Origin: Bdellovibrio sp.
GTDB lineage: Bacteria > Bdellovibrionota > Bdellovibrionia > Bdellovibrionales > Bdellovibrionaceae
Length of the DNA stretch: 25,241 nucleotides
Direction of reading: 5' to 3'
Assembly: GCA_046318155.1 (NCBI GenBank)
Contig: JBKCUU010000003.1
Span: 1-25,241 of the forward strand
Shown: piece by piece, positions 8,552 to 17,577 of the stretch
How the letters are laid out: every line of letters begins with the position of its first letter
How positions within the stretch are numbered: the first letter of the stretch is position 1
Translations under genes and position numbers: made by a program
Notes under the pieces: model-generated
Databases searched by the model: none
What the model was told of the DNA's origin: nothing
The model's input: the letters and a program-made list of their open reading frames with translations, nothing else

Positions 8552-8666
8552 GCTGTCTCCTTTAGGGCACGGGACTAATTGCCTCTAAGGCCTCTTTACT
8601 TACGTAGCAAAAATACCATGGTCAACTTCAGAAACCTTGTCTGTTTGTTCTCGCTCACCATTCAAC

Positions 8667-8683
8667 TAGGCATCGCTCTTGCG
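8667..8683 (+). promoter_or_regulatory. Sigma54 -24/-12 promoter divergent from the activator gene
   Basis: TAGGCATCGCTCTTGCG = GG-N10-GC. Confidence 0.65.
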
Positions 8684-8753
8684 ATTAATGTGAAAGAAGC
8701 CGATCTCAGTGGCAAAATAGGGTTAAGAAATCTACACGACTGCGAGGAAAATA

Positions 8754-8995
8754 ATGACTGCTACTAAACGAGTTCTGTTTGTCGACGACGACATTGAGCG
8801 GCAGAGTCAGCCTCGCGTGTGAAAAATATCGAGTCTCAGTTCTTTCATCAAATTGGATTTGTTTCGAAAAGACAGATCTTGAGTAAGGTCTTGTCAGATG
8901 TGAAATCCTTGTTTGAGCAAGAATTGGCGACTCACGAAAGTCTTCAGCATTTAAACTTGATTCCGGGTCAAGTGGTTGCTACTTTAACTCATTGA
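8754..8995 (+). pseudogene. Probable remnant of a receiver-domain gene
   Basis: GAGGA SD, then MTATKRVLFVDDD, stop at 8820-8822. Another frame continues with IGFVSKRQILSKVLSDVKSL to 8995. Confidence 0.45.
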
Positions 8996-9476
8996 CGCTT
9001 TCGATGATTTTTTGAAGCTCTTCTTGCTTGGCCATCAATTTGGTTTGAGCAATTTGGGCTCCTTCTTTGAAAAGAAGAGGCTGAATCCGCGCAAACTTCT
9101 TACCCGCAGGCGTCTTGTAAAACTTGATCAGATCTTGGACTTCCGTCTCAGCAAAGTATTTCTGATAGATTTTCGCCATGTCTTCTTCAATCGCCTTGAA
9201 ACCCACGGTGGCAAGAACAAACTTTTGCATTCTGGGCTTGGCCTTACCAGGGTCTTCGGTTTGAGCGGCTAGCATTGAGGCCGTTGCGTCTAAGCTGCCA
9301 TTAACACTCTTTTCAACTTCCATCACCTGAAACAGCTCGTGCACAGCCTTGAGATGCCTTTCAGGAGAGGCATGCGCAAGCAATGAAACCAAGAAGACCG
9401 CAATGAAAATAGCCGAGGAAAAGACTTTGAATCGAGCTTGGTTTCGGAGTGCGGTAGCGTGTTTCAATGCGTTCAA
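8979..9476 (-). CDS. DUF2059 domain exported protein
   Basis: Signal-peptide-like AIFIAVFLVSLLAHA; IYQKYFAETEVQDLIKFYKTPAGKKF signature. Exact start uncertain. Confidence 0.85.
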   Translation of the reverse strand: MNALKHATALRNQARFKVFSSAIFIAVFLVSLLAHASPERHLKAVHELFQVMEVEKSVNGSLDATASMLAAQTEDPGKAKPRMQKFVLATVGFKAIEEDMAKIYQKYFAETEVQDLIKFYKTPAGKKFARIQPLLFKEGAQIAQTKLMAKQEELQKIIESVNELK

Positions 9477-9483
9477 CCTCGAT

Positions 9484-10272
9484 TTAGGATGCGGCGTCGA
9501 TCTCTTCGGTGCCGAGCACTTGAGTGAGCTTATTGCGCAATCGAGATACCGCTTGAGCGTGTAACTGTGAGACGCGGCTTTCAGTGACTCGTAGAACTTT
9601 GCCGATTTCTTTTAAGTTAAGATCCTCATAGTAATAAAGCGACAAGACCAAACGCTGGCGTTCAGGCAGCTCCTCTATCGCCTGAGTCACAACATCTTTG
9701 ACGGTCTTGATATTGAGCTGGACGTAAGGATTGTTCAGCTTTGTTCCTTCAAGAATGTTAAGAATCGATTTCTTGTCGACGTTGCTAAAGGACTGTGCCT
9801 CATCAATCGAGAGCAAAGACACCGGCCGCACCTGATTGAGCAAGTCATGAAACTCATCCATCGTGATGTTCATAGCCGCCGCAATTTCTTCTTCAGTGGC
9901 GGTTCGACCCAAATCGGCCTCCAGGCTCTGAACCGTCTTGTCGAGCAATTTTGCCTTGTCACGAATGGACCGGGGGACCCAATCTTGCGATCGGAGTTCG
10001 TCAAGAATAGCGCCGCGAACGCGAAACTCAGCGTAGGTTTTGAACTTGTTATCTCGGGTGGGATCCCACTTGTCGATTGCATCCATCAGACCAATAACGC
10101 CTGCCGAAATGAGGTCGTCGAGTTCGATATTTGAAGGCAAACGCACGGCGATTTTTTGCGCAATGAACTTAATCAGAGGAGCGTACTCAGTGATGAGTTT
10201 ATCTTTTTGTTCTTGAGTGAGCTTCTGAGGCTCGTCCTTGTACTTCTTCAAAACTGCGGTATTTTTCGCCAT
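9484..10272 (-). CDS. fliA: Flagellar sigma factor FliA (sigma28)
   Basis: RVRGAILDELRSQDWVPRSIR; LYYYEDLNLKEIGKVLRVTESRVSQLH. Confidence 0.97.
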   Translation of the reverse strand: MAKNTAVLKKYKDEPQKLTQEQKDKLITEYAPLIKFIAQKIAVRLPSNIELDDLISAGVIGLMDAIDKWDPTRDNKFKTYAEFRVRGAILDELRSQDWVPRSIRDKAKLLDKTVQSLEADLGRTATEEEIAAAMNITMDEFHDLLNQVRPVSLLSIDEAQSFSNVDKKSILNILEGTKLNNPYVQLNIKTVKDVVTQAIEELPERQRLVLSLYYYEDLNLKEIGKVLRVTESRVSQLHAQAVSRLRNKLTQVLGTEEIDAAS

Positions 10273-10332
10273 GTATCCCCTGCCCTGAAACTATTGTAAC
10301 AAAAGCTGACTCTTTCAAAAGTCCAATTCTGT

Positions 10333-11157
10333 CTATGCCACGCCCATCACTTGCTCCCAAAACAAGGGCGAGCTTTCCAAGGTCGTGTTCTTAGCCTGAG
10401 CTTGCTGCATATTCTGTGAAATCGCTTGCAAACTGCGTGAGGCTGGATTCGTCGGGTCTTGTCTCAAAACGAGACGCTGCACCCGTGTCGACTTTCTCAA
10501 GAGGTGGTCCTGAGGGATCGAGCCCCAATAGTCGAGGCCAACGGGCAGAAAGCGTGTAACCGCTTCAGTAAACCGGGAGTAGAGACCAATGCCTTCGATT
10601 TCTCCAGAGACCTGATTACAAACAATCGAAAAACGAGTTTCTTTGTGCACTTGATGCAGAACTTTTATAAGCGCATAAGAATCTGTCAGACTCGCGGGGT
10701 CTGGCGTGATGATAACCGTAATGTGATCGGCTGCTGCATTTAAATAAAGAACGTTGTCGGAGATCCCAGGAGCTGTATCAATCAAGATGTCATCGTAACG
10801 ATACTCAAGACCCATCACGGCTTCCACCAAGGATCTTCGCTCAAAACTACTGAGACGGTTCATCTCAACTAATCCGGATCCGCCTGAAATGAGGTCAATT
10901 TTTGGTGCGAGCGGAGTCAGAATTTCGTCAACCGTCTTTTCGCCATGAAGAAGCTCGAGCAAATGTCCGCGAGTTTTCGCGCCAAAGAAAAGATCGACAT
11001 TTGCCATTCCAAGATCGCCGTCGAGAATAAGGACACGCCGATCTTGCTGCGCCAAGGACCAAGCTAAGTTGCAAGTCAGTGTCGTTTTACCAACTCCGCC
11101 CTTACCCGATGTCACACTGACGGTGCGCGTGCGCTGGGGTGCCCGTTGAGTTTTCAA
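10333..11157 (-). CDS. flhG: MinD-like ATPase FlhG/FleN
   Basis: SGKGGVGKT, DGDLGMANVD, DTAPG, SLTDSYALIK; lies between flhF and fliA. Confidence 0.93.
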   Translation of the reverse strand: MKTQRAPQRTRTVSVTSGKGGVGKTTLTCNLAWSLAQQDRRVLILDGDLGMANVDLFFGAKTRGHLLELLHGEKTVDEILTPLAPKIDLISGGSGLVEMNRLSSFERRSLVEAVMGLEYRYDDILIDTAPGISDNVLYLNAAADHITVIITPDPASLTDSYALIKVLHQVHKETRFSIVCNQVSGEIEGIGLYSRFTEAVTRFLPVGLDYWGSIPQDHLLRKSTRVQRLVLRQDPTNPASRSLQAISQNMQQAQAKNTTLESSPLFWEQVMGVA

Positions 11158-12593
11158 GCCTCATCCTCCGCTTTTTTTATTCTGGTCAGTTTGAAAATCA
11201 GATCCAAAACACGCTCACGTGTTGCCATCTCGATGTCTTCGGGAACGCGGGTACCGATTCCAAAAGAGTGCAGGGGAACATTAAAGTGCTTCATGAAGTT
11301 ATAGATGTTGCCGTGCTGAGTTGACTGATCAAGCCCGGTAAAGATCACATCTTTAAAGTGGGTGACTTTAAAGCGACGTCCAATTTCAAAGAGGTCTTCA
11401 TTTTTTGAGGTGGCCGGCAAAACCAAGTGAATGTCAGCACCGATCGAGTCTGCCGGCAACAGGTTGCGAAGCAACGTGATCTCCTCGACGCTTTTTAGAC
11501 TCATCCCAGGAAAATCGCATAGAATCAGGTCGTAAATGGCGAGCTGATTCATAAGGTAAGTCCAATCGCTTTGCTTACGCACGATCGCGAACGGAACATT
11601 AAGAATCTGTGCGTAAGTTCGCATTTGATCCGCGGCACCCACTTTGTAAGTGTCGGTCGTTAAGAGAACGACTTTTTTGTTTTCTTTCACGGCCGCATGC
11701 GCCGCGAGCTTAACCATGGCCGATGTTTTTCCGGTCCCGGCGGGGCCAACAAAAACTTGGACTTTGGCAACTGCCCGATCCCCTACGATTTGGGTATGAT
11801 CAAGCAAATAGCGCGCAGTCCAAGCATCAACGAGTGCTTTGTTTTTAAAACGCACCGGCGGCATTTGCGCTTGAGCAATGCCCAAGATTTCGGCCGCGAT
11901 CTCAGGTAAGAGGCCGGCCTGGGTGAGTTTTTCGAAGGTATTACTAAACTCGTACGACAAACCGTAGTCAGAGCCGGGGTGACCATGAACAACGTTCTGC
12001 GGCACTTTTTGAAATTGAGCCAAAGCTTGCTTCAGCCCCGCCAACTCTGATCTTAAAGCCGAGATTTCTGCCTGCTTGCCACTCGTGCGGGTGTTATCGG
12101 GAGCTTGGCTGTTTAGAGCCGCATCGATTCTGGCCTTTAATGATTGGGCGTTGTTGCTCGTGCTTGATTTTGAAGCACCCGCAAACCCATCAAGATCGAA
12201 GACTTCAGCCGGCGCTCGTGCACCGTGCACGGGCATGCCCTCTTCTTGCTGATCATTAATTTCGATGTAACGCGTTTTGGTTGGTGGAGCTTTCGGTTTG
12301 TTTTCGTCCAAGTACTTATTCACAAACTTTTCCATGACTTGTTTTTGCACTTTCGCGGGAGACGTTTGAAAGCGCTCGCGATCCTGAGGTCGCATTTTTG
12401 ATTCGGTGTATTTCTTACGTTGCAAAACTTCGTCAGAAATGGCGGCGGTGATCTCGACACTGCCCTCGCCGACGAGTCCGAAACTTTTGCGGTTATCCCG
12501 AGCCCCCAGAATAATCGCCTCTGGTCCCAAATGTTTTTTGACCATCTCGAGAGCTTCTTTCATCGTTCTGGCTTCAAACTTCTTAACCTGCAT
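11154..12593 (-). CDS. flhF: Flagellar SRP-type GTPase FlhF
   Basis: MQVKKFEARTMKEALEMVK N-terminus; GPAGTGKTS; RVPEDI. Confidence 0.95.
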   Translation of the reverse strand: MQVKKFEARTMKEALEMVKKHLGPEAIILGARDNRKSFGLVGEGSVEITAAISDEVLQRKKYTESKMRPQDRERFQTSPAKVQKQVMEKFVNKYLDENKPKAPPTKTRYIEINDQQEEGMPVHGARAPAEVFDLDGFAGASKSSTSNNAQSLKARIDAALNSQAPDNTRTSGKQAEISALRSELAGLKQALAQFQKVPQNVVHGHPGSDYGLSYEFSNTFEKLTQAGLLPEIAAEILGIAQAQMPPVRFKNKALVDAWTARYLLDHTQIVGDRAVAKVQVFVGPAGTGKTSAMVKLAAHAAVKENKKVVLLTTDTYKVGAADQMRTYAQILNVPFAIVRKQSDWTYLMNQLAIYDLILCDFPGMSLKSVEEITLLRNLLPADSIGADIHLVLPATSKNEDLFEIGRRFKVTHFKDVIFTGLDQSTQHGNIYNFMKHFNVPLHSFGIGTRVPEDIEMATRERVLDLIFKLTRIKKAEDEA

Positions 12594-14682
12594 GACTTAG
12601 CTCCACAACTCCGACGGATTTTACGTTTGTATCGGGCGTCAGTTCAGTATGAGAGAGGACCACTAACTGCGGAATAAACCGGCTGGTGAGCTTGTACAAG
12701 TGGCGACGCGAAGTCGGGCTCGTCAGCAGTATCGGCTGACCGGCAATCTCGGGATGACCCTCGACCGTGCGCGCGATTTCAGAGATTAAACCTTGTGCCG
12801 TATGAGGGTCCATCACGAGCTGTACGCCCTGCTCGGTCTGAAGCAAGCTATTAGCGATCAGTTCTTCGATGTGTGGGTGCAAGGTCATCACGGGAACGGT
12901 ATTTGTATCTGAAACATACTTGGCCGTAATCGTACGAGCCATCGCTTTCCGAACCGACTCGGTCAGCGCCTCGATGTCTTTTGTTTTTGTCGCTTCATCT
13001 GACAACGTTTCAAAAATGGTACGCAGATCTCGGATTGAAACTTGCTCTTTCAGTAATGACTGCAAGACCCGAACGACCGCACCCAGCGAAAGTTGTTCCG
13101 GAATAAGGTCCTCGACAACTTTGGGGTGAGTCTTCTTGAAGTTTTCGATCAAGCTCGAAGCTTCTTGGCGTCCCATCAACTCATGCGCATGGGTCCGGAT
13201 AATTTCGGTCAAATGGGTTGCCATCACTGTTGGCAAATCGACAACCGTGTAGCCGGCCAATTCAGCCACTTCTTTATTGGCGGCCGAAATCCATAACGCA
13301 TCCAAGCCGAAAGCGGGTTCCTTTGTTGGAATACCCTCAACAGGATCCGAGACATTGCCAGGATCCATGGCCAAGAGAGCATCGGGGCGAAGGGAGCCAC
13401 CACCGACGCGATTACCTTTTATGAGCAAGCGGTACTCGCCAGAAGCCAGTTGAAGGTTGTCGCGAATATGGATGCTGGGAACAATCACGCCCAAGTCCAA
13501 AGCAAATTGCTTACGAATGCTGGCGATACGCTCAAGCAGGTCACCTGAGCTATCGCTCTCCACGACGTTGATGAGACCGTAACCAACTTCGAGCTCGACC
13601 ATATCCAAGGGAAGCAAGGTCTCGATGTTTTCTTTCTTTGGACCCGCCGCTGTTTCTTCGGCCTGGCGTCGATCTGTTGCAACTTGCTCTTCGTTAGTTT
13701 TTTTGATGAACCAAGAGATGCCGCCCATCATCGCGCCCATCGTCAGGAACGGAATCGTGGGTAAACCAGGAACCAAGGAAAGAGCCGCGATAACGCCCCC
13801 CGAAGTTCCGATGGCGCGGGGATTAACGAAGAGCTGACTGAAGACTTCGTTCCCCATGTTTTTGTCGGTGCCCGAACTTCGCGTCACGACAAGACCAGCC
13901 GCAGTTGAAATAATGAGTGCAGGGATTTGGGCCATCAAACCATCACCGATTGACAGCATCGTGTAATACTTAGCTGCGGTTGAAATATCGAGGCCCTTTT
14001 GCATGACACCAATGAGGAGCCCCCCCACGATATTGACAACGGTAATGATAATACCGGCAATGGCATCTCCACGAACGAACTTGCTGGCACCATCCATGGC
14101 CCCGAAGAAGTTGGCCTCTTGCTCGATTTCTGAACGACGACGTTTTGCTTCGGACTCATTGATAAGGCCCGAGTTCAGATCGGCATCGATGGCCATTTGC
14201 TTCCCTGGCATCGCATCCAAGGTGAAACGCGCAGAAACCTCTGCGACGCGTCCCGCACCTTTAGTGATAACGACGAAGTTGATGATGACGAGAATCACGA
14301 AGACGATAAATCCGATAACGTAGTTGTTTCCGATAACAAAGTTACCGAAAGCCTGAATCACTTCACCCGCGGCTTTGGGACCTTCATGACCGTGAGTTAA
14401 AATCAGTCGCGTTGTTGCGACGTTAAGGGCCAAACGGTACAACGTGGTAATTAAAAGTAAAGAGGGAAAGACCGAAAATTCGAGCGCCTTTTGAACATAA
14501 ATGGCCACGAGCAAGATCAGGATTGAAATTGCCAAAGACATGGTCAGAGCCAAATCTAGGATCACGGCAGGAAGCGGAATGATCATGACACTCAAGATCG
14601 CCAACAGACCAATGGCCATCATCAAGTCGGTATTCTTGGTGTACTTCTCAAATCTACGGAGAAACTGAAAAACATCTTCCAT
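12583..14682 (-). CDS. flhA: Flagellar export protein FlhA
   Basis: RVAEVSARFTLDAMPGKQMAIDADL; FFGAMDGASKFVRGDAIAG. Confidence 0.98.
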   Translation of the reverse strand: MEDVFQFLRRFEKYTKNTDLMMAIGLLAILSVMIIPLPAVILDLALTMSLAISILILLVAIYVQKALEFSVFPSLLLITTLYRLALNVATTRLILTHGHEGPKAAGEVIQAFGNFVIGNNYVIGFIVFVILVIINFVVITKGAGRVAEVSARFTLDAMPGKQMAIDADLNSGLINESEAKRRRSEIEQEANFFGAMDGASKFVRGDAIAGIIITVVNIVGGLLIGVMQKGLDISTAAKYYTMLSIGDGLMAQIPALIISTAAGLVVTRSSGTDKNMGNEVFSQLFVNPRAIGTSGGVIAALSLVPGLPTIPFLTMGAMMGGISWFIKKTNEEQVATDRRQAEETAAGPKKENIETLLPLDMVELEVGYGLINVVESDSSGDLLERIASIRKQFALDLGVIVPSIHIRDNLQLASGEYRLLIKGNRVGGGSLRPDALLAMDPGNVSDPVEGIPTKEPAFGLDALWISAANKEVAELAGYTVVDLPTVMATHLTEIIRTHAHELMGRQEASSLIENFKKTHPKVVEDLIPEQLSLGAVVRVLQSLLKEQVSIRDLRTIFETLSDEATKTKDIEALTESVRKAMARTITAKYVSDTNTVPVMTLHPHIEELIANSLLQTEQGVQLVMDPHTAQGLISEIARTVEGHPEIAGQPILLTSPTSRRHLYKLTSRFIPQLVVLSHTELTPDTNVKSVGVVELSHAG

Positions 14683-14693
14683 CAACTATCCTC

Positions 14694-15764
14694 TTAAGCT
14701 CTTGACCGGAGTTTGCGGCGCAACCGAAACACGAACGAGAGAACTTCGGCAACGGCAACGTACAATTCACGAGGGATCACTTGCCCTAGCTTCATAGTTT
14801 TAAAAATTGTGCGCGCCAGTGGCTTGTTTTCAATAATCGGGATCTTATGCTCACGAGCGAGCTCTTTTATCTTTTCTGCAACTAAGTCTCCGCCCTTGGC
14901 GATGAGCTGCGGCGCCGGCAAGTCTTTGCTGTACTTAAGCGCAACTGCAATGTGCGTTGGATTTGTAATGATCACATCGGCCGTTGGGACCTTTTGCATC
15001 ATTCGCTTATTGGCCATCTCGCGCTGAACACGGCGAATGCGAGCCTTGATCATCGGATCAAGCTCACGGTTTTTCATCTCTTCTTTGACCTCTTGCTTGG
15101 TCATCATCATTTGTTTTTCATTTTCCCAACGCTGAAAGAAATAGTCAGCACCGCCCAACGCAATCATCGCGATTCCAATTCCGCCGAACAATTTGACTGT
15201 CACTAAACCGACGTAAGCGGCCAATTGCGCCGTCGTATACCCCATCAAAAGAGGCATTTGATGAACTTCGTTCTTAAGCAGCAAATACACAACGTAGGCG
15301 ATCAGAACCACTTTAAGAAAAGCCTTAACGCCTTCAGAAAGGCTGCGAAGTGAAAACATCCTCTTGAAACCAGCCAGGGGATTAATCTTCTCGAACTTGG
15401 GCGTCAGGGCGTCTTCGACTTGCAAAAGCCCCGTTTGGACAACACTCGAGGCAATGCCAACAACAACTGAAATCGCCAGAAAAGGCGCCATGATCGTGAC
15501 AAACTTGAGACCCGCGAAGCGGGCGGCCTCAAGGTAAGTGTCGTCGCGAATCATCGAGACCAACTGACCGCCGTAGCTAAAAGTAAACAGCTCATGCAAT
15601 TCCTGAAAGAAGTATCGAGACAGACCCAAAAGTAGGCCCGCAAGCGCCAACAAGAAAAGAGCACTGGCCAGCTCTTTCGTCTGCGGCACTTGACCACGCT
15701 TGCGAAAGTCATCACGCCTCGTCTGCGTGGCTTCTTCCGTCTTTTCGCCGTTTTCTTCAGCCAT
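14694..15764 (-). CDS. flhB: Flagellar export protein FlhB
   Basis: EKTEEAT N-terminus; NPTH autocleavage motif. Confidence 0.98.
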   Translation of the reverse strand: MAEENGEKTEEATQTRRDDFRKRGQVPQTKELASALFLLALAGLLLGLSRYFFQELHELFTFSYGGQLVSMIRDDTYLEAARFAGLKFVTIMAPFLAISVVVGIASSVVQTGLLQVEDALTPKFEKINPLAGFKRMFSLRSLSEGVKAFLKVVLIAYVVYLLLKNEVHQMPLLMGYTTAQLAAYVGLVTVKLFGGIGIAMIALGGADYFFQRWENEKQMMMTKQEVKEEMKNRELDPMIKARIRRVQREMANKRMMQKVPTADVIITNPTHIAVALKYSKDLPAPQLIAKGGDLVAEKIKELAREHKIPIIENKPLARTIFKTMKLGQVIPRELYVAVAEVLSFVFRLRRKLRSRA

Positions 15765-16547
15765 TTACAGCACCCTCATCGCGTTCATGAACTGATCGCT
15801 CATACCTCGAAGTAAAAGCTCCATCTCATCAACAAAGAACGGAACGGTAATGATGAGAACGACCATCGTGACCAAAAATGTGACCTGTAAACTTGTCACG
15901 AAGACGTTCATCTGGGGGACGGCGCGCCCAAGAACCCCCATCGCCAAATTGGTCAAAAGAACCGAGATCAAGACCGGCGCAGCCATCTTGATGCCGATGA
16001 GTAAAATGCCCTGAAAAGAGGTGGCCAAGGCGACAAAGCCCGTTGTTTTGATTGCAACATCTGCCAAAGGAATAATTTCGAAACTCTTACTAAGGCCCAG
16101 AATAAAGAGGTGATGACCATTTAGTCCAAAGAAAAACAATGTCGCCAAGATCGTGTAAAACTGCTCGATCACGCTGCTCGAAGTTCCCATCGCAGGATTG
16201 AAGAGCTGAGCCGAGGCCAGACCCGAGGAGATTCCGATGATTTCACCCGCGATGCTGATCGCAAAAAAGAACAGGCGCATCAGGTAACCCAAGAATAAGC
16301 CAACAAAAATTTCCCGGGCCGACAAAAAAATGATCGCATCTGATATCTTAATCATCTCTGCATTCTGAAATTTTAGAAGCGGGAACATCAGAACCGCCAA
16401 AAGAATCGAGAGCAGAACTTTGACTGGGACGGGAACGATATTTGTGCCAATCACGGGCATCGCCACCACGAATGACAAAATACGCAAAAGCACCAAGGCG
16501 AATGCGAGAATTTGTCCTTCGGGAAACTGCGAAAAGATCGGCAGCAT
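15765..16547 (-). CDS. fliR: Flagellar export protein FliR
   Basis: 260-aa hydrophobic protein; NGHHLFI, RAVPQMNVF; position in operon. Confidence 0.95.
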   Translation of the reverse strand: MLPIFSQFPEGQILAFALVLLRILSFVVAMPVIGTNIVPVPVKVLLSILLAVLMFPLLKFQNAEMIKISDAIIFLSAREIFVGLFLGYLMRLFFFAISIAGEIIGISSGLASAQLFNPAMGTSSSVIEQFYTILATLFFFGLNGHHLFILGLSKSFEIIPLADVAIKTTGFVALATSFQGILLIGIKMAAPVLISVLLTNLAMGVLGRAVPQMNVFVTSLQVTFLVTMVVLIITVPFFVDEMELLLRGMSDQFMNAMRVL

Positions 16548-16548
16548 T

Positions 16549-16821
16549 CTACTCCCTCACCATGGTTGAAATGCTCTCAAACAAATTGACGGTATACACA
16601 CTCATGACGTCCATCATCCACGGCCCAGACAATATGATCACCAGCACCACCACGATTATCTTAGGAATAAAAGTCAATGTCGCTTCATTGATTTGCGTAA
16701 GTGCCTGGAAGATACTAACAACCAGACCGATTACCAGCGTTGAAATCAGGATGGGGGCCGAAAGCATCGCGGTCACCTTCAGCGCATCTTGTCCCAATTT
16801 GATGATCAACTCTTCTGTCAC
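16549..16821 (-). CDS. fliQ: Flagellar export protein FliQ
   Basis: FQALTQINEATLTFIPKI. Confidence 0.97.
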   Translation of the reverse strand: MTEELIIKLGQDALKVTAMLSAPILISTLVIGLVVSIFQALTQINEATLTFIPKIIVVVLVIILSGPWMMDVMSVYTVNLFESISTMVRE

Positions 16822-16824
16822 GAA

Positions 16825-17577
16825 CTAGCCTCCGAAGCTATTGACCATCGAACCCACCAGAAGGGCCCAACCATCGACGAGAACGAACAACATGATCTTT
16901 AAAGGAAGCGAGACTACGATCGGCGGTAACATCATCATCCCTACTGCCATCAAGACACTGGCGGCAACCATATCGATGATTAAAAAAGGTAAGAAGATAA
17001 TGAATCCAATTTGAAACGCCGTCTTAAGCTCGGAGATAATAAAGGCGGGCACCAAAACCATGGTCGGAACTTCGGCCAAGGTCTTCGGTTTTTCTATTTT
17101 TGACATTCGAACAAACAGCGAAAGATCCGCAGGTCTTGTTTGGCTCAGCATAAATTTTCTTAACGGAGCCAAGGTCGCCTCGATTGCTTGATCTTGGCTG
17201 ATTTGATTTGCCAGATAAGGCTGAACGCCCTTTTGATTCATCTCAGTAAAGGCCGGACCCATCACAAAAAACGTGAGGAATAATGCGAGTCCCACCAAGA
17301 CTTGATTTGGCGGCATCTGCTGAACACCCATCGCTTGCCGCAAGAATGAAAAAACAATGATCAAGCGAGTAAAGCTCGTCATCATGATGAGAATGGCGGG
17401 AGCTAGTGTCAAGACGGTCATGATCAAGACGATCTTGATCGCGGCGACGACTTCTGTTGGGTTTTGCGTTGTCTTAAACCCGAGATTGACCGAAGGAAGC
17501 GTCACTTGAGCTTGAGCCCAAACTCCCGCGAGCAACACGCCCATGAAAACAAAGAAAAGACCAAAAGCCTTTTTCAC
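16825..17577 (-). CDS. fliP: Flagellar export protein FliP
   Basis: MTSFTR, PPNQVL, SELKTAFQIG, GMMMLPP, FVLVDGW. Confidence 0.98.
   Translation of the reverse strand: MKKAFGLFFVFMGVLLAGVWAQAQVTLPSVNLGFKTTQNPTEVVAAIKIVLIMTVLTLAPAILIMMTSFTRLIIVFSFLRQAMGVQQMPPNQVLVGLALFLTFFVMGPAFTEMNQKGVQPYLANQISQDQAIEATLAPLRKFMLSQTRPADLSLFVRMSKIEKPKTLAEVPTMVLVPAFIISELKTAFQIGFIIFLPFLIIDMVAASVLMAVGMMMLPPIVVSLPLKIMLFVLVDGWALLVGSMVNSFGG

Noticed and set aside
4300..8705. GCCGA motifs at about 4322, 6822 and 8699 as sigma28 promoters
   Set aside because: No TAAA-like -35 at the canonical 15-nt spacing.
8579..8767. 62-aa plus-strand ORF
   Set aside because: TTG start, no motifs, and it spans the divergent promoter region.
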